In this document: piece after piece, positions 55,732 through 64,000 of the stretch
How the letters are laid out: each line of letters opens with the position of its first letter
Numbering within the stretch: the stretch's first letter is position 1
From: an uncultured Thiomicrospira sp.
Lineage (GTDB): Bacteria > Pseudomonadota > Gammaproteobacteria > CAKMZV01
Direction of reading: 5' to 3'
NCBI GenBank assembly: GCA_965195345.1
Contig: OZ239628.1
Location: 192,001-256,000, forward strand
DNA: 64,000 bases
The notes under the pieces: generated by a model
The model's database searches: none
What the model was told of the DNA's origin: nothing
Seen by the model: the letters and a program-made list of their open reading frames with translations, nothing else
Made by a program: the position numbers and the translations under genes

Positions 55732-57002
55732 GCGCGTTAAGTTTTTTAGAAAAACTGCTGGACGGCGCTGACGTGACGTGGCGTCCGTTGGGGGATATTT
55801 GTGAAATTAGAAATGGCTATACTCCTACAAAAAATAAGTCTGAACTTTGGAATAATGGAACTATCCCTTGGTTTCGCATGGAAGATATACGTAAACATGG
55901 TAGAGTTCTAAGCAATTCAATTCAGCATGTTACTCCGACGGCTGTAAAGTCAGGCAGATTATTTCCCGCAAATTCGATTATTATTTCTACTACCGCTACT
56001 ATTGGAGAGCATGCTTTAATTACTACAGATTTTCTTTGCAACCAACAGTTAACTGTTTTAAGTATTAAGGGTAAAGCAAAAAAACACCTTAATTATAAAT
56101 ATTTTTTTTACTACAGTTTTATACTCGGTGAGTTATTCAAAAAAAATGTTAATCCAACAGGTTTCGCACTAATTGGAACTACAAAAATAAAAACATTTCA
56201 AATCCCCATTCCATGCCCTGATAATCCTGAAAAATCGCTGGCAATACAAGCGGAGATTGTGCGCATTTTGGACAGCTTTACCGAGCTAACCACCGAGCTA
56301 ACCACCGAGCTAACCACCCGTAAAAAACAATACACCTATTACCGCGACAAACTGCTTACCTTTAAAGACAACGCAGTGGAATGGAAAACCTTAGGGGAAG
56401 TAGCAACTGTTCAACGCGGTGCTTCACCAAGACCAATAGCACAATACATAACAGATGATAAAGATGGTGTACCTTGGATCAAAATTGGTGATACCTCGTT
56501 AGGTTCTAAATATGTTCATAATACAGCTCAGAGAGTTACTAAAGAGGGAGCAAAAAAATCAAGATTATTGAAAAAAGGTGATTTTATTATTTCTAATTCA
56601 ATGAGCTTTGGTCGTCCTTATATCCTCAAAATAGATGGAGCTATTCATGATGGTTGGGCTTCAATTAGCGCATTCGAGGAATATTTAAACGCGGATTTTT
56701 TCTATCACTATTTATCATCCAACCTTGTTCAAAATTATTGGTTAAGTAAGATTAACAGTGGCTCTGTCAGCAATTTAAACGCTGATATTATTAAAGCCCT
56801 GAAAATCCCAATTCCATACTCAGACAACCCAGAGAAGTCCCTCGCAGAACAAGCACGCATTGTTGCCATCCTCGATAAATTCGATACCCTTACCCACTCC
56901 ATTAGCGAGGGTTTACCGCGTGAAATTGCATTGCGCCAAAAACAATACGAACATTACCGCGACCAATTATTAACCTTTCCCAAACCAAAGGAGTCAACGT
57001 AA
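55728..57002 (+). CDS. hsdS: Type I R-M specificity subunit (type IC)
   Basis: Two TRDs, duplicated [18 protein letters not shown] conserved regions and a central TTEL repeat. Confidence 0.97.
   Translation: MSALSFLEKLLDGADVTWRPLGDICEIRNGYTPTKNKSELWNNGTIPWFRMEDIRKHGRVLSNSIQHVTPTAVKSGRLFPANSIIISTTATIGEHALITTDFLCNQQLTVLSIKGKAKKHLNYKYFFYYSFILGELFKKNVNPTGFALIGTTKIKTFQIPIPCPDNPEKSLAIQAEIVRILDSFTELTTELTTELTTRKKQYTYYRDKLLTFKDNAVEWKTLGEVATVQRGASPRPIAQYITDDKDGVPWIKIGDTSLGSKYVHNTAQRVTKEGAKKSRLLKKGDFIISNSMSFGRPYILKIDGAIHDGWASISAFEEYLNADFFYHYLSSNLVQNYWLSKINSGSVSNLNADIIKALKIPIPYSDNPEKSLAEQARIVAILDKFDTLTHSISEGLPREIALRQKQYEHYRDQLLTFPKPKEST
56280..56315 (+). repeat. 12-bp repeat x3 in the hsdS spacer (TAEL-like)
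   Basis: ACCGAGCTAACC repeated three times. Confidence 0.95.
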
Positions 57003-57004
57003 TT

Positions 57005-58555
57005 ATGAAAATAACACAAGTAAGAATCTCAAATTTTCGAGGCTATAAAGAGAGAGGCTGTAAAGAGAAAAATACCATCGACTTCAACGATCTTACAGTT
57101 TTGATTGGGAAAAATGATGCAGGGAAATCAACCGTACTTGAAGCTCTTGATGTGTTTTTCAATGAAAACAAAGGAGTCATAAAATTGGAGAAGGCGGACA
57201 TCAATACAAAAGGGTCTTCGGATGGAAATAGGGTGATTTGTATTACTGTGGTTTTTGAGGATATCCCAGCTAATTTGGTGATTGATAGTACAAACGAAAC
57301 AAATCTTAAAGATGAATATTTGCTTAACAGTAACGGGCAATTGGAAATAATCAAAAAATACGATGATGCAACAAGTAGAAGCAAAGTATTTGTGTTAGCT
57401 AATCACCCCACCTACTCCGATTGTGAAGGCTTACTTCTCAAAAAACAAGGTGACTTAAAAAAAATTATAGACGACAAAAAAATTGAATGCGCAAACAGGA
57501 CAAAAAATGCAGAAATGAGGAAAGCCATTTGGTCACATTACTCAGATAAATTACAACTTCGCGATATCGAAATAGAGGTATCCAAAGAAGATGCAAAGCG
57601 TATTTGGGAGAAACTCAAAGACTACATGCCATTGTATTCCCTTTTCCAATCTGATCGAAAGAATAGTGACGGAGATAGCGAAATTCAAGACCCTATGAAA
57701 CTGGCTGTACGAGAAATATTAAAGGAAGAAGGCGTTCAATCTTCACTCAATACAGTTGCGGAAGAAGTTGGCTCTAAACTCAAAGAAGTAGCAGATAAAA
57801 CGCTGGAAAAACTACAAGAGATGAACCCAGACATTGCTAAAAAATTACAGCCTGTTATTCCTCCTGTGGGAGAGTTGAAATGGACTGATGTGTTCAAAAA
57901 TGTTGCTATTTCAGGGGATGATGGTATTTTAATCAATAAACGTGGAAGTGGTGTGAAAAGGCTGATTTTGCTTAATTTTTTCAGAGCAGAAGCAGAAAGA
58001 AGAAAAACTGAAAACAATGTACCTGATATTATTTATGCAATTGAAGAACCAGAAACGTCACAACATCCTGAACATCAGAATCAACTCATTAATGCTCTTA
58101 TCGAACTATCAGAATCAGAACATACACAAATCATTCTAACCACTCACAGCCCAGCAATAGTTAAGATGTTGGATTTTAAGTATATGAGGCTGATTGAGAA
58201 CACCGATGAATTGCGAGTCACTTCTATTCAAGAGAAAACCCTTCCATTTCCATCTTTAAATGAGGTTAATTTTTTAGCTTTTGACGATTGCAGTGAAAGC
58301 TATCACAATGAGCTTTATGGATTTATTGAGGAGAAAAAAAGGCTTTCTGAATTTAAAATAGGAAGGACAACGAAACCATACAACCAAGAGCATAGAGGTG
58401 GTAAGGAGGTCACGCAAAAAAATATAGTGGTCAGCGAATACATACGCCACCAGATACACCATCCTGAAAATAAAAGAAATCCAAAATACACTGCTGATGA
58501 AATGCGAAGTTCGATTGAAGAGATGCGGCAGTTTATACAACAGGAAAAAGGATAA
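57005..58555 (+). CDS. ABC/AAA_15 (OLD-like) ATPase with putative C-terminal HEPN domain, embedded in the hsd operon
   Basis: GKNDAGKST (Walker A), KRGSG, YAIEEPE (Walker B) and TTHSP. C-terminal [11 protein letters not shown] (Rx4H). No TOPRIM motifs seen. Confidence 0.75.
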   Translation: MKITQVRISNFRGYKERGCKEKNTIDFNDLTVLIGKNDAGKSTVLEALDVFFNENKGVIKLEKADINTKGSSDGNRVICITVVFEDIPANLVIDSTNETNLKDEYLLNSNGQLEIIKKYDDATSRSKVFVLANHPTYSDCEGLLLKKQGDLKKIIDDKKIECANRTKNAEMRKAIWSHYSDKLQLRDIEIEVSKEDAKRIWEKLKDYMPLYSLFQSDRKNSDGDSEIQDPMKLAVREILKEEGVQSSLNTVAEEVGSKLKEVADKTLEKLQEMNPDIAKKLQPVIPPVGELKWTDVFKNVAISGDDGILINKRGSGVKRLILLNFFRAEAERRKTENNVPDIIYAIEEPETSQHPEHQNQLINALIELSESEHTQIILTTHSPAIVKMLDFKYMRLIENTDELRVTSIQEKTLPFPSLNEVNFLAFDDCSESYHNELYGFIEEKKRLSEFKIGRTTKPYNQEHRGGKEVTQKNIVVSEYIRHQIHHPENKRNPKYTADEMRSSIEEMRQFIQQEKG

Positions 58556-58560
58556 CAGGC

Positions 58561-61500
58561 ATGTATACCAAACCCATCGTAGAAAGTCAAAATTTTATCA
58601 TCTTAAATCAATACACCAAGATTGAGCAAAAAAATGTTGGGTATCAAACCGAAGCCGACTTAGAAGCGGAATTGGTGCGGGATTTGGTCAGTCAAGGGTA
58701 TGAGTATTTGCCCACGCTAACTAACCAACAAACCATGTTAGTCAATGTCCGCACTCAGCTCGAGGCGTTAAATAAAGTGGCGTTTTCAGATAGTGAATGG
58801 CAGCGGTTTGTTTTAGAGTATCTGGATAAACCGAATGATAACAGCACGGATAAGAGCCGTAAAATCCATCATGATTATATTTATGACTTTGTCTTTGATG
58901 ATGGGCATATTCAAAATATTTACTTGGTAGATAAGCAAAATATCGCCCGTAATAAAGTCCAAGTTATTAAACAATTTGCACAAACTGGCAACCACGCCAA
59001 TCGCTACGATGTAACGATTTTGGTCAATGGTTTGCCCATGATACAAGTGGAACTTAAAAGGCGCGGGGTAGCCATCCGTGAGGCATTTAATCAAGTAAAT
59101 CGGTACCGCAAAGAGAGCTTTAATGCGGATAACTCATTGTTTAAATATTTGCAGATCTTTGTTATTTCAAACGGAACAGACAGCCGTTATTTCGCGAACA
59201 CCACCGAACGCGATAAGAACAGCTTTGATTTCACTATGAACTGGGCAAAATCGGATAATGGCTTGATTAAAGATTTAAAAGACTTTAGCGCCACATTTTT
59301 TCAAAAAAACACAGTGCTTAATGTCTTATTGCGCTATGCGGTGTTTGATGTATCCGATACCTTGCTGATTATGCGCCCGTATCAAATTGCCGCGACTGAG
59401 CGCATTTTATGGAAAATAAAAAGCGCCCATCAGACAAAGAGCGATAACCGCCTTGAGAGTGGTGGTTTTATTTGGCATACCACAGGCTCAGGCAAAACAC
59501 TAACCAGCTTTAAAGCAGCACGCATGGCGACTGAGCTGGATTTTATTGATAAGGTGTTCTTTGTGGTTGATCGCAAAGACCTTGATTATCAAACGATGAA
59601 AGAGTATCAGCGTTTTTCACCCGAGAGCGTTAATGGCTCTAATTCGACTGCTGGGTTAAAAAACAACCTCGATAAACAAGACAATAAAATCATCGTTACC
59701 ACCATTCAAAAGCTCAATAATTTAATAAAAAGTGAAAACAATCTCTCGATTTATACCCAGCAAGTCGTTTTTATTTTTGACGAATGCCATCGTAGCCAGT
59801 TTGGTGAAGCACAAAAGAACATTAAGAAAAAATTTAAAAAATTCTATCAATTTGGTTTTACGGGTACGCCGATTTTCCCAGAGAATGCCTTAGGTTCAGA
59901 GACGACCGCAAGCGTGTTTGGGCGTGAGCTGCATTCTTATGTAATAACGGATGCGATTAGGGATGATAAAGTCTTAAAATTCAAAGTGGATTACTGCAAT
60001 GTACGCCCAAAATCTAAAGCGATTGAAAACGAACAAGATGAGAGTAAGCTCAGTGCTGCAGAGAATAAAGCCGCCCTTTTACATCCTGATCGCATTGCAA
60101 AAGTTTCACAACATATCTTAACCCATTTTAAACAAAAAACCCACCGCCTCAATACAGGCAGCAAAGGCTTTAATGCCATGTTTGCTGTCAGCAGTGTTGA
60201 TGCTGCTAAGTCGTATTATCAAACACTAAAAAACCTACAAAAAGACAGCAATAAACCGCTTAAAGTGGCGACTATTTTTTCTTTTGCAGCGAATGAAAGC
60301 CAAGATGCAAAAGGCGATATTACGGATGAGACTTTAGAGCCTCAAGCCATGGATAGCAGCGCTAAAGAGTTTTTAAATGCAGCGATTGATGACTATAACG
60401 CCCTGTTTAAAACCAATTATGGGCTTGATGGTCAATCTTTTCAAAATTATTACCGCGACCTTGCCAAACGTGTAAAAAATCAAGATGTTGATTTGTTGAT
60501 TGTAGTGGGCATGTTCTTAACAGGGTTTGATGCGCCGACACTTAATACCTTATTTGTGGATAAAAACCTACGCTATCACGGTTTGATACAGGCTTATTCA
60601 CGCACCAATCGCATTTATGACAACACCAAGGCAGTCGGCAATATCATTAACTTTCGCAACTTAGACCAAGCCACAAAAGATGCTATTACCTTGTTTGGCG
60701 ATGAAAATACCGCAAATATCGTCTTGGAAAAAAGCTATAAAGAATACATGGAGGGTTTTACGGATGCCTCAACTGGAGAGGCACGGCGTGGTTATTTAGC
60801 GGTGGTTGCAGAATTAGAGCAACGCTTTCCCGATCCTAACGAGATTGCAGGTGAGGAGGATAAAAAAGAATTTGCCAAGTTATTTGGTGAATATTTACGC
60901 ACGGAGAATCTTTTACAAAATCATGATCAGTTTGCCCGATTGCAAGACCTGCAAAAAATAGATACTCATAATATAGAAGCGGTTGCAGCGTTTAAACAAG
61001 AACACAGCCTAAGCGATGATGATTTAACGGAGATGCAGGCAATTAAAGTGCCCAACGAACGCACCACACAAGATTATCGTTCAACCTATAACGATATTCG
61101 TGAATGGTTTCGCCGTGAAAAATCCGCCAATGAACAAGACGGCTCAAGTATCGATTGGAAGGAGGTGGTTTTTGAGGTGGAATTACTCAAATCACAAGAG
61201 ATTGGCTTGGATTATATTTTTGCGTTAATTGCTGAAAAAAATCATGCATCAAATGATAAAACAGCCCTGATAAAAGAAGTGCGCCGTTCGATTCGTGCGA
61301 GTGTTGGCAACCGTGCTAAAGAAGGGTTGCTTGTTGACTTTATCAACCAAACCGATTTAGGTAAAATGCCTGATAAAGCCGATCTAATTGACAATTTTTA
61401 TTGCTTTGCTCGGGCGGAACAACAACGCGAGATGAGAGAGTTAATTGATGCTGATGAACTAAATTTGGACGCTGCTAAGCGTTATATTACCACTTCATTA

Positions 61501-61656
61501 GAGCAACAACATGTCAGTGAAGATGGCACAGAACTCAACGAATTATTGCCCAAAATGAGCCCGCTTAATCCGCAATACCTAACCAAAAAACAAGCAGTTT
61601 TTCAAAAGATTGTCGCTTTTGTTGACAAGTTTAAAGGGGTGGGTGGGCAGATTTGA
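58561..61656 (+). CDS. hsdR: Type I R-M restriction subunit
   Basis: [42 protein letters not shown] and QAYSRTNR motifs. Confidence 0.97.
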   Translation: MYTKPIVESQNFIILNQYTKIEQKNVGYQTEADLEAELVRDLVSQGYEYLPTLTNQQTMLVNVRTQLEALNKVAFSDSEWQRFVLEYLDKPNDNSTDKSRKIHHDYIYDFVFDDGHIQNIYLVDKQNIARNKVQVIKQFAQTGNHANRYDVTILVNGLPMIQVELKRRGVAIREAFNQVNRYRKESFNADNSLFKYLQIFVISNGTDSRYFANTTERDKNSFDFTMNWAKSDNGLIKDLKDFSATFFQKNTVLNVLLRYAVFDVSDTLLIMRPYQIAATERILWKIKSAHQTKSDNRLESGGFIWHTTGSGKTLTSFKAARMATELDFIDKVFFVVDRKDLDYQTMKEYQRFSPESVNGSNSTAGLKNNLDKQDNKIIVTTIQKLNNLIKSENNLSIYTQQVVFIFDECHRSQFGEAQKNIKKKFKKFYQFGFTGTPIFPENALGSETTASVFGRELHSYVITDAIRDDKVLKFKVDYCNVRPKSKAIENEQDESKLSAAENKAALLHPDRIAKVSQHILTHFKQKTHRLNTGSKGFNAMFAVSSVDAAKSYYQTLKNLQKDSNKPLKVATIFSFAANESQDAKGDITDETLEPQAMDSSAKEFLNAAIDDYNALFKTNYGLDGQSFQNYYRDLAKRVKNQDVDLLIVVGMFLTGFDAPTLNTLFVDKNLRYHGLIQAYSRTNRIYDNTKAVGNIINFRNLDQATKDAITLFGDENTANIVLEKSYKEYMEGFTDASTGEARRGYLAVVAELEQRFPDPNEIAGEEDKKEFAKLFGEYLRTENLLQNHDQFARLQDLQKIDTHNIEAVAAFKQEHSLSDDDLTEMQAIKVPNERTTQDYRSTYNDIREWFRREKSANEQDGSSIDWKEVVFEVELLKSQEIGLDYIFALIAEKNHASNDKTALIKEVRRSIRASVGNRAKEGLLVDFINQTDLGKMPDKADLIDNFYCFARAEQQREMRELIDADELNLDAAKRYITTSLEQQHVSEDGTELNELLPKMSPLNPQYLTKKQAVFQKIVAFVDKFKGVGGQI

Positions 61657-61743
61657 GCGAAGCATCAATGAACCCTTTTTGACTTCGCAGAGATTGCATG
61701 GATGCCATCCGAAGAGAGACCTAAAACAATACGTTCTTTATAG

Positions 61744-62061
61744 TTAAACGCGCCCTTTTACAAATGCCGTAATGGTCGCAGGCCATACTTCTATTTTTCC
61801 TTCCCAAGGAACAGCAGCGAGAAGCCGTTTTTTTGGAAGATCAACAATCTGTGTAATCACTCCCATTTCTTCATCTTCCCAAGTTATCATATAAATTTCG
61901 TCGCGAAGTTCTTCGATTGTGATCGTTTCGCGCAAAGTACCTCGGGACGCCATTTCGGAAATTCGAATCCCGCCATCGAAGAAATTAGTAAAACTCCAGC
62001 CGTTGTTCTCGTAAGTATAAGAAAGAGACATTTGATTAAAGCGTGATAAAGCGTCCGTCAT
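61744..62061 (-). CDS. MoaF/phenolic acid decarboxylase-like small beta protein
   Basis: YTYE.NGW and IY.I.W.D...G..TQ..DL pattern. Confidence 0.5.
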   Translation of the reverse strand: MTDALSRFNQMSLSYTYENNGWSFTNFFDGGIRISEMASRGTLRETITIEELRDEIYMITWEDEEMGVITQIVDLPKKRLLAAVPWEGKIEVWPATITAFVKGRV

Positions 62062-62170
62062 ATTCCATCCTTTTGTTCTGAAAAATTTCAGTGTTAGAAA
62101 CCAGCGAAAAGGAAAAGCCTTTGTTTTTACTGAATTTATAGGTTTTGTTGTATGCTGTTAGAAAAGTGTA

Positions 62171-62246
62171 TGGTGCCGACACACGGACTCGAACCGCGAA
62201 CCTACTGTTTACAAAACAGTTGCACTGCCAATTGTGCTATGTCGGC
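62171..62246 (-). tRNA. tRNA-Thr(TGT)
   Basis: Reverse complement reads GCCGACATAGC...ACTGT-TT-TGT-AA-ACAGT...TTCGAGT...GTCGGCACCA. Confidence 0.96.
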
Positions 62247-62328
62247 GTAGGTCTATATTATAACGTCTATAGGGTTCTGTTTTGGGAAACTCAAATCAAA
62301 TTTAGTATAAAATACTCGCACTTCAAGT

Positions 62329-62405
62329 CGGAGTGTAGCGCAGCTTGGTAGCGCAATTGCTTTGGGAGCAATGGGTCGGGGGTTCGAATCCCTCCACTCC
62401 GACCA
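62329..62405 (+). tRNA. tRNA-Pro(TGG)
   Basis: CGGAGTGTAGCGC...ATTGC-TT-TGG-GA-GCAAT...TTCGAAT...CTCCGACCA. Confidence 0.96.
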
Positions 62406-62639
62406 TTGAGGAGCATCATTTTCTGTTCGTTGAGCAACGGAATGCGACGGTACAGTCCTATATTCTTTCTAAAATATTTCTAAAAATTGCATCAAGTCCG
62501 ACACTTTGGCTTATCATTTTGATGAAGTCAAGCAAGCATCTCAAAGCAATATATTTAAGCGACTAAATTTTTATAATTTGATTATGAAGAATTGAAGGTA
62601 CGCAAAGCACCAATAACAATGTTTGTTTGATCGGTTTAA

Positions 62640-63149
62640 TTATTCAGCGAAACAGCGATGATGGCATATCGGGCAGGCTTCTTCATTATGATCGCATTGG
62701 ACTTCAAACTTATTGAGAGAATCGATAAATGACAGGGCGTGTTGGTCGTTGGATTGGATAAATTTAGCCAGCTTCAGCAGCTTTACTCCAGTATCTTCTG
62801 ATAAAAGATGCTCAACTTTGCAGCTGTCTTCTTGAGCGTTCAGTTTGTCAATGCCGAGAACGTCTGTAAGGAAAAACTGAAAGGATCGACGGATAGAAAT
62901 GACATTTTCAACCGCAGTTAACCCACCAGCCGTTAAATGAATCAAATGATCGTCGTCCACGTTAACGAGCTGTTGACGAATCATAGCTTGCAATTTTAGT
63001 GAAACGGCATTGCGGCTAATATCCAAGGTGCGCGCGATACTCGCCGCACGACATTTACCATCATTCTGTATGAGTTCATCAATAGCCATCAGGTAATGGG
63101 CGTCAGAATGTGACAGCTCATTATTCTCGAATGCTTTCCAAACGGACAT
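62640..63149 (-). CDS. DtxR/MntR-family metal-dependent regulator with Cys/His-rich tail
   Basis: HYL.AI, HTH (IARTL.ISR..VS), LT..G and FL..VLG....[10 protein letters not shown]. Start at ATG 63149. Confidence 0.85.
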   Translation of the reverse strand: MSVWKAFENNELSHSDAHYLMAIDELIQNDGKCRAASIARTLDISRNAVSLKLQAMIRQQLVNVDDDHLIHLTAGGLTAVENVISIRRSFQFFLTDVLGIDKLNAQEDSCKVEHLLSEDTGVKLLKLAKFIQSNDQHALSFIDSLNKFEVQCDHNEEACPICHHRCFAE

Positions 63150-63237
63150 ATCTTTTACACCAGAGGACATAAAGTTTATAAATTTGTTACGTAAGACCCT
63201 ACAATACCATGCTGGAATAAATTTTACAAGGATTTTT

Positions 63238-63468
63238 ATGGGAATAAGTATTTGGCAACTTTTAATCGTTCTTGCAATTATTTTATTGCTCTTTGGCACA
63301 AAGAGGCTTAGAAACCTCGGAGGAGACTTGGGAAGTGCTATTAAAGGCTTTAAAAAAGCAGTGGATGATGATAAGAATGACGAGCAATCGTCAAAGAGAG
63401 TTCAAGAAAAGGAAGAAAGCATCGTAGATGCTGAAGTTAAGGAAGAGTCCTCGCATAAAGAACGATAG
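63238..63468 (+). CDS. tatA: Tat translocase TatA
   Basis: [35 protein letters not shown]. Confidence 0.97.
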   Translation: MGISIWQLLIVLAIILLLFGTKRLRNLGGDLGSAIKGFKKAVDDDKNDEQSSKRVQEKEESIVDAEVKEESSHKER

Positions 63469-63487
63469 TTTTTAAAGGTTTTCTAAA

Positions 63488-63835
63488 ATGTTTGATATAG
63501 GCGCTCTTGAGTTGTTTCTTATAGTCATTATCACTTTGGTCGTTGTAGGACCAAGGAGATTGCCTGAAGTCGCCCAAATGATTGGCTCAACCATTGCTAA
63601 GGTGCGTCGATTTGTTGCGAACGTCAAACAAGAAACGAATTTAGAAAAGCATATTGTCGATTTTAAAAACCAAGCAGGCATGATAGAGGATGGCACTGTT
63701 TCTCAAAAGCTAAAAGAAGAATTGCGCAGTGTGCATCAAGAGATAGATTCACTTAAAGAAACGGCAAAGGAATCATCTTCCATCATAACCGATCCATTGC
63801 TATCGAACGATAAAGAAGCAATTTCTAAAAAGTGA
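63488..63835 (+). CDS. tatB: Tat translocase TatB
   Basis: MFDIG..EL....I..LVV.GP.RLP. Confidence 0.95.
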   Translation: MFDIGALELFLIVIITLVVVGPRRLPEVAQMIGSTIAKVRRFVANVKQETNLEKHIVDFKNQAGMIEDGTVSQKLKEELRSVHQEIDSLKETAKESSSIITDPLLSNDKEAISKK

Positions 63836-64000
63836 CCGACTCAACATTCAGCGATTTAATTAGTCATCTGCTTGAGCTAAGAAGTAGATTAGTAAAAGCG
63901 GTTGTTGGCATATTAGTGGCGACAGTTGCATTGCTTCCTTTTGCCAATAATCTATATGCATGGCTGGCGTTGCCATTAGTGCATTCGTTGGCAGCCCAAA
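63832..64000 (+). CDS. tatC: Tat translocase TatC, 3'-truncated by the window
   Basis: GTG overlapping the tatB stop, reading LISHLLELRSRL..PFANNLY.WLA.PL. Confidence 0.92.
   Translation, partial: MTDSTFSDLISHLLELRSRLVKAVVGILVATVALLPFANNLYAWLALPLVHSLAAQ

Overview
A 64 kb chromosomal segment of an AT-rich (roughly 40% GC by eye) gammaproteobacterium, probably marine given the sulfoacetate genes. Most of it is housekeeping: batC/batD-like genes, pckA, a partial type II secretion operon (gspH-N) ending in moeB/thiF, ybaB-recR-lysA, acs, rdgB-hemW, lnt, hinT-polA, pyrF, class 1 pyrD, gluQ, glmU, rep, mlaA, msrB, mnmC, gor, kdsB, proS, recG, ridA, mscS, rnpB, three tRNAs and tatABC. Accessory content is a TolC/multicopper oxidase copper operon, a decayed SulP gene, a TTT transporter-sauST sulfoacetate operon and a type IC restriction-modification locus. 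Four signals stand out. (1) An ABC-ATPase with a putative HEPN (Rx4H) tail sits between hsdS and hsdR, the prrC position, but its sequence is OLD/AAA_15-like. (2) An 8-copy ~235 bp tandem array is built from the 3' ends of the convergent gor and ompA-like genes, and 12 of its 13 substitution sites are synonymous in the gor frame. (3) A Cys-containing, RPP-ending leader ORF has final codons that can pair with the Shine-Dalgarno of the copper operon, suggesting arrest-peptide control. (4) An apparent GC-skew inversion near 40.8 kb may mark oriC. All calls come from reading the sequence; no database searches were run.
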